Shown piece after piece: positions 44,377 to 54,360 of a stretch of 60,224 nucleotides of DNA. The notes beneath the pieces are model-generated. The model saw only the letters and a list, made by a program, of their open reading frames with translations, ran no database searches and had not been told where the DNA came from. Every line of letters starts with the position of its first letter. Within the stretch, counting starts at the first letter, position 1. The stretch covers positions 1-60,224 of the forward strand of contig JBHPFF010000002.1 in assembly GCA_042572165.1 (NCBI GenBank). The letters are read 5' to 3'. The position numbers were made by a program, and so were the translations under genes. The stretch is from Candidatus Latescibacterota bacterium. Lineage in GTDB: Bacteria > Latescibacterota > Latescibacteria > Latescibacterales > Latescibacteraceae.

Positions 44377-45888
44377 ATGAATAAAGAAAAAAATACAGAG
44401 CACCGTATACTCCTGTTTGAGCAGAATGGGGAAACAGTAAAGCTTTTTAAGGAAACTCTGGCTGATCTGGGGTATGATGTAGAGCCTGTGGAAGGTAGTA
44501 CTGAGGGTATGACAGTACTGGAAAAGAATCCGCCGGAGTTGGTAATAGCCGATGTTGAATTTCCCGAAGTTTCCGGCCTCGACATACTCGAAATAATAAA
44601 GAAAAGAAATTTACAGATTCCAGTTTTGATAACCGGTAAAACCACCGGACTCCCCGTTATTCAGGCTTTTCGTGAAGGCGCAGTTGATTATCTCCTAAAA
44701 CCGCTGGATAGTTCCGATCTGAAAGAAAGATTTTGCGCTTACATCAAAAAAAGAGATACAATGTATAAAGGCGATGAGGCGAAAATAAAGGAACTCATGA
44801 AGAGCATTGAACATGATAACCAGGAGATGAATAACCTTCTTAAAATCGATTCTTCCTTTACTGAAACCAGCGATTCAAAAGCCATGTTATATCGTTTGAC
44901 CGATCTTGTTGCCGAATCCATGAACTGTGAGGCTGCAAGTATAATGCTCGTTAATGAACGTGACAATACACTTGAGTTTGTTGTGGCAACCGGAGAAAAA
45001 AAACAGCGTCTTGAAACACTCTCAATTCCTCTGGGCGATGGGATTGCCGGTTGGGTTGCATTACACGGTGAGGCTCAGATTGTAAACGATACGACCGAAG
45101 ATACACGTTTTACTGGGAAGGTCGACAAGCACTCAGGTTTTAAAACCAGGCAAATTCTTGCAATTCCCTTGCGGCAAGACTCAAATATTATCGGCGTTTT
45201 GGAAGCAATAAATACAAAAGACAACCGTATTCTCGGTGATGATGATGTTCGTTTTCTCAACGCTTTCGGTGAACGCGTGGCATCCGTTATTGAAACGTCG
45301 AGAACAATTGAAAATCACCAGAATTTTTATGTACAGACTACAAATATCCTTGTAAATGCAGTAGAAAAAAAAGATATATTTACTGAAGGTCATTCCTGGA
45401 AAGTGGCTGAATTAAGCCATAAAATATCACTCGCAATGAATCTGAGTGAAACTGAAAAAACCGATCTACATTACGGATCACTTTTACATGACATTGGGAA
45501 ACTGGATATGCCCTCCTCACTTTTCACCAAACGCAATCTTTCGCAACGTGAACTTGAATATATACGGCAGCATCCTGTAAAGAGTGCAAAACTTATTGAA
45601 CCGATTACATTCTGGAAAGCGGCAGTTCCTCATATTCTTTATCATCACGAATCATGGGACGGAAGTGGTTATCCTTTCGGACGTTTGGGCGATTCAATAC
45701 CCATTGGTGCCCGTATTATACATTTAGGTGAGGCTTTCAGCGTCATGAGGGCTTCAAATACCTACAAAAAACAGATGTCTCTTAAAGAAGCTATTCTTGA
45801 AATCATGAGGTGCTCGGGAAAACAGTTTGACCCCGAGGTCGTTAAAGTATTTATCGGAGTATTACAAAAAGAGACAGCACACAAATGA
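44377..45888 (+). CDS. Response regulator with REC, GAF and HD-GYP domains (c-di-GMP phosphodiesterase type)
   Basis: REC features are LVIADVEFPEVSG and DYLLKP. A central GAF-like region is present. HD-GYP features are GSLLHDIGKL and HHESWDGSGYPFG. Confidence 0.75.
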   Translation: MNKEKNTEHRILLFEQNGETVKLFKETLADLGYDVEPVEGSTEGMTVLEKNPPELVIADVEFPEVSGLDILEIIKKRNLQIPVLITGKTTGLPVIQAFREGAVDYLLKPLDSSDLKERFCAYIKKRDTMYKGDEAKIKELMKSIEHDNQEMNNLLKIDSSFTETSDSKAMLYRLTDLVAESMNCEAASIMLVNERDNTLEFVVATGEKKQRLETLSIPLGDGIAGWVALHGEAQIVNDTTEDTRFTGKVDKHSGFKTRQILAIPLRQDSNIIGVLEAINTKDNRILGDDDVRFLNAFGERVASVIETSRTIENHQNFYVQTTNILVNAVEKKDIFTEGHSWKVAELSHKISLAMNLSETEKTDLHYGSLLHDIGKLDMPSSLFTKRNLSQRELEYIRQHPVKSAKLIEPITFWKAAVPHILYHHESWDGSGYPFGRLGDSIPIGARIIHLGEAFSVMRASNTYKKQMSLKEAILEIMRCSGKQFDPEVVKVFIGVLQKETAHK

Positions 45889-46038
45889 TTTACATATCGT
45901 TTGTTGATAATAAATCCTCATTTATCCCACACACCATTTTACTTACCTGTTTATATACTATTCCTGAATGAAAAATACTGCGAGGAGATCAGTAAAAATC
46001 ACTTTTAAACTTTTTTTGTTATTTAAGCGTCCAACCAT

Positions 46039-46683
46039 ATGAAAAGAAATGAAAACACACAAGTGAATAATAAAATGCATGTGACGGGACATGTTGATAC
46101 AAACAAGAACGATCATGAACCCGTAAGTGATGCTGAGTTGATAAAACGTTTCAGGATGGGTGATGATAACTCATTCTCGGCTATTGTTTTACGGTATCAG
46201 GGGCGTCTTGTACGAACCGCACAGTCTATTCTTGGTGATAAGGACGAAGCCATGGATATTTCGCAGGAAGCGTTCGTCAAAGCATATTTCAGTCTGAAAA
46301 AATTCAGAAGTGATTCATCGCTTTATACGTGGCTCTATCGAATTGTTTACAATCTGTGCCTCAGTTCACTTCGAAAAAAAAAGATAATAACATTTATATC
46401 TTTTCATGAACGTTCCGAAACAACCGATTTTCCATCGTTAAATCCTGATCCGGGTGTTGAGTTTGAACGTAAAGAGATAAAATCAGCAGTTAACAATGCA
46501 TTACAAAAACTGCCCCCGAAACAACGTATGGTCTTTGTCATGAAACAGTTTGACGGTTTGAAACATGTGGAGATCGCACAGATAATGGGGATAACAGAAG
46601 GTGCTGTGAAAGCTTCACATTTTCATGCCGTCCAAAAACTTAGAAATCTGCTAAGTAGATATGGAGAAGCATATGGACTGTGA
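46039..46683 (+). CDS. ECF-type RNA polymerase sigma-70 factor
   Basis: Region 2 is DISQEAFVKAYF...YTWLYRIVYNLCL. Region 4 is LPPKQRMVFVMKQFDGLKHVEIAQIMGITEGAVKASHFHAVQKLR. Confidence 0.8.
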   Translation: MKRNENTQVNNKMHVTGHVDTNKNDHEPVSDAELIKRFRMGDDNSFSAIVLRYQGRLVRTAQSILGDKDEAMDISQEAFVKAYFSLKKFRSDSSLYTWLYRIVYNLCLSSLRKKKIITFISFHERSETTDFPSLNPDPGVEFERKEIKSAVNNALQKLPPKQRMVFVMKQFDGLKHVEIAQIMGITEGAVKASHFHAVQKLRNLLSRYGEAYGL

Positions 46684-47248
46684 AAAAGTGAGAGAATATT
46701 TGCCATTCCTTTGTGACGGTTCCATTGATTCTGATACAGTTGAACAGGTAAAGATTCACCTTGTTAAATGTGATGAATGTCAGAATGAGTACAATAAGGT
46801 TACCGATATGCTGCAGCAGATTCAAGTCACATTAAGTGAAGATATTCCAGAGGCTGTGCCCGGGTATGTCGAGGCCGTCTGGAGGAAGATCGATAAGAAA
46901 AAGATTGCACGCTCGATATACTGGCGGACTGTTTCTGCTGCGGCGGTTGTAGTACTTGCTGTAACCGTCGTAATGTATGGTTATATTGACCGGAACAGCG
47001 AAATACCGCCGGTTTCTGAAAATGTTGTTTTTACAGAACCCGAGAGTGAATATGATGAGTATGTAATGTCGGAATACATGACTAAAAATGATATTCCCGA
47101 ACTGATTGATACTGTCGATATAATTGATGACCAAATCATCGTAGATGCACTTATAACAAATAGTTATCATAATATTAGACCTGAGGAAATTATAAACCTG
47201 ATGGACGAGGATGAACTGGTATTACTTTTTGCTTCACTTGAAAGGTAA
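46661..47248 (+). CDS. Anti-sigma factor (zf-HC2, single-pass membrane)
   Basis: It overlaps the sigma gene. CEKVREYLPFLCDG...HLVKCDECQNEY forms the H/C zinc motif. The TM helix is TVSAAAVVVLAVTVVMYGY. The start could be 46661 or 46673. Confidence 0.65.
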   Translation: MEKHMDCEKVREYLPFLCDGSIDSDTVEQVKIHLVKCDECQNEYNKVTDMLQQIQVTLSEDIPEAVPGYVEAVWRKIDKKKIARSIYWRTVSAAAVVVLAVTVVMYGYIDRNSEIPPVSENVVFTEPESEYDEYVMSEYMTKNDIPELIDTVDIIDDQIIVDALITNSYHNIRPEEIINLMDEDELVLLFASLER

Positions 47249-47255
47249 GGTGAAA

Positions 47256-47954
47256 ATGATGAAAAAGAAAAGTTTTGTTTTGTCTCTGATTATAATTCTT
47301 ATGTTAACCGGTATGAGCCTGGCAGGCTCACATGAAAAAGAGAAGAGTTTGAGTGAATCAGGAAAGCAACTATATTTTGATTTGATAGAATTTGATCTTA
47401 TGGAGCCCTTTCCTCATGAGCTATACCTTGCTGAGGCTCCAAGGGCACATATTGCACCAAAGCCTTTCACAAAGGAATTTTATTCTTCAAATGGGAATAA
47501 GTCCAAGTCACGCCTCATGGTGATCTGGCGGCTGGTGGATCATCTCGACCTTGACGAGGATACAGGTACAAAGTTTTTCCCGATATACCTCGAGTACATC
47601 AATACACGTAACAAACTGCTGGGAGAACAGAAGGAGTTGACTGAATCGATATCAGAGGGGGCGGATGATGAATCTGTTCCGATAAAAACCCTGAAAGAGA
47701 ATGTTGTAAAACTCAAAAAAGTAGAAAAATCCCTGAGGGATGAACGGGAAACGTTATTCAAAAAATCGGAAAACATTCTAAATGAACGTCAGCACATCAA
47801 ACTAATTGTTTTTGAGGATAAGCTGAAGAGAGACCTTTTCTCACGGTTCAGGTCGAGAAGAATAAGTTCTGATTCATCTGAGAGGTTAGATAAAAGTAAG
47901 GAGTCACTTGAAAAAGCAAAACAATTATTAGAAAGTGAAAAAAGAACCAAGTAA
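47256..47954 (+). CDS. Periplasmic coiled-coil protein, possibly Spy/CpxP-like (LTxxQ-type)
   Basis: Start at MMKKKSFVLSLIIILMLTGMSLAG, 8 nt after the anti-sigma stop. K/E-rich helices are present, and LNERQHIKL resembles an LTxxQ repeat. The product call is weak. Confidence 0.4.
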   Translation: MMKKKSFVLSLIIILMLTGMSLAGSHEKEKSLSESGKQLYFDLIEFDLMEPFPHELYLAEAPRAHIAPKPFTKEFYSSNGNKSKSRLMVIWRLVDHLDLDEDTGTKFFPIYLEYINTRNKLLGEQKELTESISEGADDESVPIKTLKENVVKLKKVEKSLRDERETLFKKSENILNERQHIKLIVFEDKLKRDLFSRFRSRRISSDSSERLDKSKESLEKAKQLLESEKRTK

Positions 47955-48001
47955 GAGAAATAAAGTCTCAGTAAACAAGCAGTGATATGTAATGCAGCCA
48001 G

Positions 48002-48772
48002 TTAAATAATTTCCATGAGATCAGCCTGTATCCAGCCCCCTGCACCGCTCTTGAGCCGTATCAGGTTCCATGAGTACTGCCCGCGCTCGATTATGACTTT
48101 CGTGCCGGTATGAATGGTGAAAACATGAGTGTTTTCAGTACCTGGACCGGAATATGCTTCAGCTTCCTCCGACATAATGACAGCTTCAACCACCGTGGCA
48201 TTGTAATGAAGCTTTTGTATGAGCACACCAGTTGACACTATACAAACAAACAGGCAAACACCAGCAAGGGAAGATGTCGTTATTCTTTTCCATTCCTTTG
48301 TGAACAAAGCAGCTGTAGCACATATCATAGCCATGGCAAATGTCAATCCCGACCATATTGCTGCAGCATTGATATTAATGGCGTTATACCGGCGGGCGGC
48401 GAACGTCAGAAGAACATTTGAATTTTCCGGCTCCTGATCCATTTTAATAGAATTCAGATATGCAAGATTTGCATGGGCATCCTTATCGGATGGTGAGAGT
48501 TTTAATGCACGTTCGAGATAAAGAATGGCTTTACCTGTGTGACCGGCTCTGTATGCTGAGTTCGATGTGTTGTAGTAAAGTTCAGAATTTTTTATCCCGC
48601 TCTGAATGAGTTCCTCATACAGTGTAAGGGCTTCGGTAAACTGGCCGTTGCGGTATAAATTTCCCGCCTCGTTATATCGGATTACCTGTTCGCTTCTATT
48701 GGAAACCTGTGTATGAACAGGTATCGCTATAGAAAGCAGAAAGAGTAAAATGTAAGTTGTTCTCATCGCCAT
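48002..48772 (-). CDS. batE: BatE-like protein (TPR + TM + C-terminal SH3-like domain)
   Basis: Last gene of the Bat array. It has TPR repeats (AGNLYRNGQFTEALTLYEEL...), two TM segments and an SH3-like tail. Confidence 0.6.
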   Translation of the reverse strand: MAMRTTYILLFLLSIAIPVHTQVSNRSEQVIRYNEAGNLYRNGQFTEALTLYEELIQSGIKNSELYYNTSNSAYRAGHTGKAILYLERALKLSPSDKDAHANLAYLNSIKMDQEPENSNVLLTFAARRYNAININAAAIWSGLTFAMAMICATAALFTKEWKRITTSSLAGVCLFVCIVSTGVLIQKLHYNATVVEAVIMSEEAEAYSGPGTENTHVFTIHTGTKVIIERGQYSWNLIRLKSGAGGWIQADLMEII

Positions 48773-48774
48773 AT

Positions 48775-50556
48775 TTACAAACCAGCTTTCAATTCGTTAA
48801 GGATGGATTGTGTCTCTTTAAGGAGATTTTCCTGAATCCGGTTATCTGAAGCGGAAGAAGAAAACCTGGTGAAATCACACAGTTCGAGGTTTTTCCTTGT
48901 TCTTTCAGCCAGTTCGGAAGAGATGCCGTTTTTCATGATTGTATCTTCAAGTTCGCGTGAAGTAAGAGTTCCTGTCTCGATGTTTAACATATCACCGATA
49001 TATCCCACGACAGCATCACTTAGACTGCCACAAAAATCATGAGTATCATCGCTCGTAAGTAATTTAGATGCATTCGCGAGTCTTTTTAGGGCATTTTTCC
49101 AGGCATTGATACGTCGTTTCATACCGGTATTACGTTCAATTGCATCGCTTCTTCTTTTCAAGAGCAAAGCGGAAACAAATCCTGCAAACGGAATAAAATA
49201 TGTAAGATAAAATAATTTATTCGCATAAACACGTCTTTCGGGGCTTTCTATTATTGTTTTGTCGGGTTTTATATATCGAATATCTGTGGCGATATTTTCA
49301 ATCGTTTTCCTCGAACTCATTACTGCTGTTTGATCGGAAGCTAAAGCTTCTCCGGGCGATACTCTTAGTTTGATGGGTGCGGTTGATACGGTATGATAGG
49401 ATTCATCACCGGGATTAAAGAAAGTTATAGAGAACGGATCAAGGGTGATTTCTCCCTGACTCCTGGGGATTATTACAAATTCCCATGTTTTGGTTCCGCC
49501 CACGACAAATCCTGAGTTTGAAATATTTTCCGATACCTTGGGATCATAGGTTTTGAACGCAGAAAAATCCGGTACATTAACCGAAGTAATGAGATCGAGA
49601 TTTCCATTACCCGTCACGGATACCTTGATAGAGACCACCTCACTAATATTGACCTCCGTTTTATCAACCGATGACGATATGGAGAAATTACCTACCGAGC
49701 CGTTGAAAGTATCCGGCTTTCCTTCCTCAGAGAGAGGCTTAACCTCGATAGTAATCGGTTCGGTGGTTAAGGTATTGGAACGCCTGCGTGAAAAAAAGCC
49801 GTCACCCCAACTGTATGCCAGGGCAGCCGGTCCGATAGTAAGCTCACCGGAGGTTGTGGGGAACAGGGCTGTTTTAATGGTGTTTATCTGGTAAATCCTG
49901 TTTTCTATTATCCGGGTTGATGGCGGAATCTCGGGAAGTTTTACAGCCCAGAATCCGGTTGTTGTGGGAGGGGAATACTCGGTGTCAAATATGTTGAGCT
50001 GGTTGTAAAGCTCAAAGGTGAGGATTACCTGTTCTCCAACGCAGGGTGTTTTTTTGTCTACAAATGTTCTGATAAAGACATTATCACTGTTTACTGAACT
50101 GCTTCGGGATCTCAACCCTGACGATGAAGGAGGGGAGGGCAGTTTTTGAGAGGTACCGGCGGTTACCACCTCAACCTTTGTTCCGGGAGCCGAAAAACTC
50201 TGATTTCCAACCTTTACGGTTACTGCACCGACAGTGGAAGTCCCGATCTTTGTGGGTAAAAGATAATAGGTAAATGACTTGTTTGTAGAAGTTCTCCCGT
50301 TGTTAATTTCTATTTCGGTGCTTTGACCGAGGGGACCTGTTACTGTAAAATCAGGTGTAGTTTCAAGGATAGGAGAGCCGGCATTGGAAGCATCCGGTCC
50401 CGAAATCCTTACCGTCAATGTAATGCGTTCATTAACCGGTACTTTTGTGGGATTGACAATAGAGGACACATCTATCTGGGCACATAATGCAGCAGATGCT
50501 ACACTCAGCATGAGAATCATGCAAAATAATGTCAAATACAAAGCCTTACCAGTCAT
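48775..50556 (-). CDS. batD: BatD-like protein (oxygen-tolerance family)
   Basis: 593 aa, with a signal peptide, repeated beta-sandwich-like segments, a C-terminal TM helix and a cytoplasmic tail. Its position between batC and batE fits the known order. Confidence 0.6.
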   Translation of the reverse strand: MTGKALYLTLFCMILMLSVASAALCAQIDVSSIVNPTKVPVNERITLTVRISGPDASNAGSPILETTPDFTVTGPLGQSTEIEINNGRTSTNKSFTYYLLPTKIGTSTVGAVTVKVGNQSFSAPGTKVEVVTAGTSQKLPSPPSSSGLRSRSSSVNSDNVFIRTFVDKKTPCVGEQVILTFELYNQLNIFDTEYSPPTTTGFWAVKLPEIPPSTRIIENRIYQINTIKTALFPTTSGELTIGPAALAYSWGDGFFSRRRSNTLTTEPITIEVKPLSEEGKPDTFNGSVGNFSISSSVDKTEVNISEVVSIKVSVTGNGNLDLITSVNVPDFSAFKTYDPKVSENISNSGFVVGGTKTWEFVIIPRSQGEITLDPFSITFFNPGDESYHTVSTAPIKLRVSPGEALASDQTAVMSSRKTIENIATDIRYIKPDKTIIESPERRVYANKLFYLTYFIPFAGFVSALLLKRRSDAIERNTGMKRRINAWKNALKRLANASKLLTSDDTHDFCGSLSDAVVGYIGDMLNIETGTLTSRELEDTIMKNGISSELAERTRKNLELCDFTRFSSSASDNRIQENLLKETQSILNELKAGL

Positions 50557-51325
50557 TGCCCAGTCTCATTTCTTTTTGCATTTTTTGTTTGCGAAGTGAA
50601 AGAGCTTTTTTCTCTTCATCGTTAATAGCGTCAAGAATTCGCTGTGCCTCTTGTGGTGTCATAGGTTTCTGTTCGTTATCCATTTGCTGTGATTTCTGCT
50701 GTTCCTGATCCTGCTTTTCATTCTCCTCGGAGCTGTCCGTCCTGTTTTTCTTTTCGTCGCTTTTTTGTTCTTCCTCTTCCTGTTTCTCCTGAGTGTCCTT
50801 TTTTTGCTGACCATTTTGCTTATCAGAATCTTCTTTTTGCTTACCGTTATCCTGTTGTTGTTCCTGCTGCTGTTTTTGTTGTTGCTGCAATTTCCGGACA
50901 GTTATTTCAAGGTTATTTCTGATATCCTCGGATGATTGATCGAGCTTGACTGCTTTTACGTATTCCTCTATAGCGCTTTCGAGATTACCCGACAGAAAAA
51001 GGGTGTTGCCGGCATTGAAATGGGCTGCCGCCTGCTGGTTGCTTTTATTAAATCCTTGTACCGCAGTGTTTAGTTCACGTAACGCCGCTTCGGTTTCATT
51101 CTGCTCGGAAAGTGCAGTACCGAGGTTAAACCTCAATTCTGGGGAATCCGGATTTTCAGTGACAGCCTCGGTAAAATGCTCCGAACTCTCGTCATATTTC
51201 TGCTCGTTGTATGCTTTAATACCGCGTTTGTTGGCTGATGAAGCCCGGTCGGCATTTGAAACAGCCGGGGATAATAGAATAAAAATACAGATGTATAGAG
51301 ATATTTTCATGACACTTCTTTCCAC
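50546..51325 (-). CDS. batC: BatC-like TPR protein with a Q/E/K-rich tail
   Basis: Signal peptide, TPR repeats and a long low-complexity acidic/glutamine region. Its position after batB fits the known order. Confidence 0.6.
   Translation of the reverse strand: MERSVMKISLYICIFILLSPAVSNADRASSANKRGIKAYNEQKYDESSEHFTEAVTENPDSPELRFNLGTALSEQNETEAALRELNTAVQGFNKSNQQAAAHFNAGNTLFLSGNLESAIEEYVKAVKLDQSSEDIRNNLEITVRKLQQQQKQQQEQQQDNGKQKEDSDKQNGQQKKDTQEKQEEEEQKSDEKKNRTDSSEENEKQDQEQQKSQQMDNEQKPMTPQEAQRILDAINDEEKKALSLRKQKMQKEMRLGNDW
50683..50923 (-). repeat. Coding low-complexity tract (Q/E/K/D-rich) inside batC
   Basis: Translates to QQQQKQQQEQQQDNGKQKEDSDKQNGQQKKDTQEKQEEEEQKSDEKK...; on the + strand it shows as GTTGTTGCTGCTG-type purine/pyrimidine-skewed runs. 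Confidence 0.8.
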
Positions 51326-52347
51326 CGTGAGGGCAGCATCCCGCTGCGTCGTTCACCCAAACTAATCCAGATAAGGAGAAAAAAGAGCGACATCCCGAGC
51401 GGGAGCTGATAACGTTCCTTTAAACGCGAAATTTTACGTTCGTGGATATCCGTTTTATGCCGGGTTCCCAGGTGATCGATTATCTCCTGTATATCGACTT
51501 CACCGTTCACAGTACGCAGGTATGATCCGTTGGTTTCACTGGCGATACTGATAAGAGTGTCCTCATCGAGTGAGGTTTTAACCACATTTCCTTTGCTATC
51601 CTTTTTGTAATCTTCCAGTTCGCCCCGCTCGTTTCGAATGGGAATAATTTCACCGCTTCTTGTTCCGATTCCGATAGTAAAAATACGAATGCCCTTGGAT
51701 GCTGCTTTTTTTGCAGCACTTCCTGGATTACCGCTGAGATTTTCCCCGTCGGTAAAGAGAATAATGAGCTGACTTTCACTGTCAGCATCGGAACCTTTTT
51801 CCAGAAGTATAAGAGAACCTTCAATTGCTTCGCCAATATTTGTACTCTGTTCCGGAATAATTCCTATGTCAATGTTGTCTAGGAGTGTTTTTGCCGCACC
51901 GTAATCTGTAGTCAGTGGGCACTGTACAAAGGATTTTCCGGCAAAAGCAAGAAGAGCCACACGATCACCTTTCAAATTGTCTATAAGACGGTGTATTTCA
52001 TATTTTGCCTGTTGTATCCGGTTGGGTTTTATATCCTCAGCAAGCATGGAGTATGAGGTATCCATGGCGATAACTATATCAATTCCCATGCGCCTTAGAA
52101 TTTCTGTTTTTGTTCCGAACCGGGGTTCGGTAAGTGCAAGTACTAAAAAGACCATGCCAAGAGCATACAAAAACCATCTGATTCTTTGTTTTGCTTTGCT
52201 TTTTGAACGTGTAAGAGTATTATAAAGTTCCAGGTTTGCGAACCGCCGCCTGTCCCTTCGGCTTACCAGAGACAGAAACCCACCTATGGCTAAAAGTACG
52301 GGTAACAGCAGTAACAGCCAGAAAACCTCGGGATTATTAAATGCCAT
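51307..52347 (-). CDS. batB: BatB-like VWA-domain membrane protein
   Basis: N-terminal TM helices. The VWA MIDAS motif is VIAMDTSYSM, followed by LFTDGEN. Confidence 0.7.
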   Translation of the reverse strand: MAFNNPEVFWLLLLLPVLLAIGGFLSLVSRRDRRRFANLELYNTLTRSKSKAKQRIRWFLYALGMVFLVLALTEPRFGTKTEILRRMGIDIVIAMDTSYSMLAEDIKPNRIQQAKYEIHRLIDNLKGDRVALLAFAGKSFVQCPLTTDYGAAKTLLDNIDIGIIPEQSTNIGEAIEGSLILLEKGSDADSESQLIILFTDGENLSGNPGSAAKKAASKGIRIFTIGIGTRSGEIIPIRNERGELEDYKKDSKGNVVKTSLDEDTLISIASETNGSYLRTVNGEVDIQEIIDHLGTRHKTDIHERKISRLKERYQLPLGMSLFFLLIWISLGERRSGMLPSRWKEVS

Positions 52348-52349
52348 GG

Positions 52350-53339
52350 TCAGGGAAGCCTCCTGAGAATTGTTCTGTCAAACACAAAAGAGAGCAAAAG
52401 CATCGTAAAACCAGCCATGAGAAACCACGAATACCAATCATCGTAGTCAACCCATTCTCGGTGTTTTATTTTCGATGTTTCGAGCTTGTCGATTTCATCA
52501 TATATACCCTGAAGTTCCCGGGTGTTTTTGGCACGGTAATAATTGCCTCCGGTTATACTTGCAACTTCTTTCAGGATTTCCTCATCGATGTGTGTTTCGA
52601 TGGTATAAACTCTTCCATAAGCCCTGATAGGCGCCTCACCTTCTGTTCCCACGCCGATTGTGTATATTTTTATTCCCAGAGTTTCAGCAATTCGGGCGCC
52701 GGTCAGAGGATCGAGATTACCTCGGTTGTTCATGCCGTCGGTAAGAAGAATTATTATCTTGCTATTTGCCTCAGATTTGCGAAGCCTGTTAATGGATGTG
52801 GCTATGGCCGAGCCGATTGCAGTACCATCATCGATACGCGATTCCTTGGCGCGTTCAAGGAAAGAAGCGAGCATGTTATAATCAATAGTCAGCGGGCAGA
52901 GGGTAAAACTCTGTGCTGCAAAAACGACAAGACCGATTCTGTCGTTTCTGCGAAGTTTTATGAAATCGCTCACCACCTCCTTTGCAGCTTCAAATCGTGT
53001 AATTGGGTGAAAATCCATAGCTTCCATGCTGGATGATATGTCAAGTGTAAGAATAATATCGATTCCGCGTTCGGTCCGTGTATGCAAGCTCTGGCCTGTT
53101 TGAGGTCTTGCCATGGCAACTATGAGAAGGAAGACGGCTTCCACTACGATGAACAGGGATACAACACGTTTGAATGTTCCCATTCCGGTTCCGATCTGTT
53201 TAAAAACAGATGTATGTGAAAACAGCAAAGTAGCTTCATAAGGTCTTTTGTTTAAAAAGTATCTGACAAACACCCATAAGGGGATAAGAAGCAATATCAG
53301 CCAGGCAGGATCGGCAAATCGGAACATTTCAGCGTTCAC
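52350..53339 (-). CDS. batA: BatA-like VWA-domain membrane protein
   Basis: The N-terminal FADPAWLILLLIPLWV motif is typical of BatA. MIDAS motif ILTLDISSSM, then LLTDGMNN, and a C-terminal TM helix. Confidence 0.7.
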   Translation of the reverse strand: MNAEMFRFADPAWLILLLIPLWVFVRYFLNKRPYEATLLFSHTSVFKQIGTGMGTFKRVVSLFIVVEAVFLLIVAMARPQTGQSLHTRTERGIDIILTLDISSSMEAMDFHPITRFEAAKEVVSDFIKLRRNDRIGLVVFAAQSFTLCPLTIDYNMLASFLERAKESRIDDGTAIGSAIATSINRLRKSEANSKIIILLTDGMNNRGNLDPLTGARIAETLGIKIYTIGVGTEGEAPIRAYGRVYTIETHIDEEILKEVASITGGNYYRAKNTRELQGIYDEIDKLETSKIKHREWVDYDDWYSWFLMAGFTMLLLSFVFDRTILRRLP

Positions 53340-54360
53340 CTCCTGTCTGTTTCACCTTTATTTTATCAATCGTTTCACCATCATTGACCTCAGAGAGTGC
53401 AGATTCCTGGGCGGCTGCAAACTTTTCCCTTTCACTCTCAATTTTTTCCAGTACATTTTTAACCGCTTTGAGTGCCCTGTCAATGACTGTGGAAATGTAT
53501 TCTGGTGAGGGTGTATATTTTGCAAACTTGACCATATCAGATTCTATAAGAACATCCCGAATCTGATCAACTATTGAGGAATCAACGGTATCACTGGAAA
53601 TGTTTGAAATAATTTCTTCCGTTGTTTCATAAAGAGCGTCAAAATTCATGTTTCGATGGATGAAACCGCGCATGGCATTTGAAACATGTATATATAATTC
53701 CTTAATATGTCCTTTTTCATAAAGTTTCAATGCCCTGATACGTTCAAATTCAGCGATTTCGTCTATCGGTTCAGAAGGTTGTATTATTGAGCCGCTCTTT
53801 TTCTTTCGAAAGTAAAAATATACCCCGATTATGGCAATAAATATAATTACTATAATTATCAACCAGGGGGGAATACCTCTGAAAGCAATACTGAATGGAC
53901 TTCGATTAGGCAGGAGAGATCCACCGGATACCTCTTGTATTGCCAGGGTAAGAACATTTGATTCTGCTTTTCCGGAATCGCCATCGGCGGTCATGTAATC
54001 AACATAAAAGGGCCCCACAGTAAGAGAGTCAACGGCAAAAACATAGGTTAAAAAACTATAATTCTCTCTTGTTATGCCTGAATTAAATTTTTCAGTAGTT
54101 TTCCCGGTCTCTTCTATATCTATAAATAGCGACTTATCAACAAGATAGGGTTCGCTAATACTAACTTTTTCGGGGATGGTAACACTGCAAAAAACTGACA
54201 GGGAATCGCCGATGGTGAGAGATGTTCTTGATGAATATACTTCAACTGCAATGTTTTCAGGGGAAATGGCATGTGATACCATTTCCCCCGTAAACACAAC
54301 AAGTAAAAAAGAAAAAATGTAAAAGATTCTATGGTTCATAGACACATTATCAGTCACCAA
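53329..54360 (-). CDS. Hypothetical membrane protein with a BatD-like layout (periplasmic beta-rich domain, one TM, cytoplasmic helical tail)
   Basis: It overlaps its neighbours on both sides by 11 nt. The TM helix is PPWLIIIVIIFIAIIGVYFYF. The tail ends ...VLIESDMVKFAKYTPS, resembling the BatD tail ...LELCDFTRFSSS. Confidence 0.5.
   Translation of the reverse strand: MVTDNVSMNHRIFYIFSFLLVVFTGEMVSHAISPENIAVEVYSSRTSLTIGDSLSVFCSVTIPEKVSISEPYLVDKSLFIDIEETGKTTEKFNSGITRENYSFLTYVFAVDSLTVGPFYVDYMTADGDSGKAESNVLTLAIQEVSGGSLLPNRSPFSIAFRGIPPWLIIIVIIFIAIIGVYFYFRKKKSGSIIQPSEPIDEIAEFERIRALKLYEKGHIKELYIHVSNAMRGFIHRNMNFDALYETTEEIISNISSDTVDSSIVDQIRDVLIESDMVKFAKYTPSPEYISTVIDRALKAVKNVLEKIESEREKFAAAQESALSEVNDGETIDKIKVKQTGGER

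Noticed and set aside
50683-50923. Repetitive-looking CTG/TTG-rich DNA that could be mistaken for a tandem repeat or CRISPR-like array.
   Set aside because: It is in frame within batC and encodes a Q/E/K-rich low-complexity tail. There are no regular repeat-spacer units anywhere in the window.
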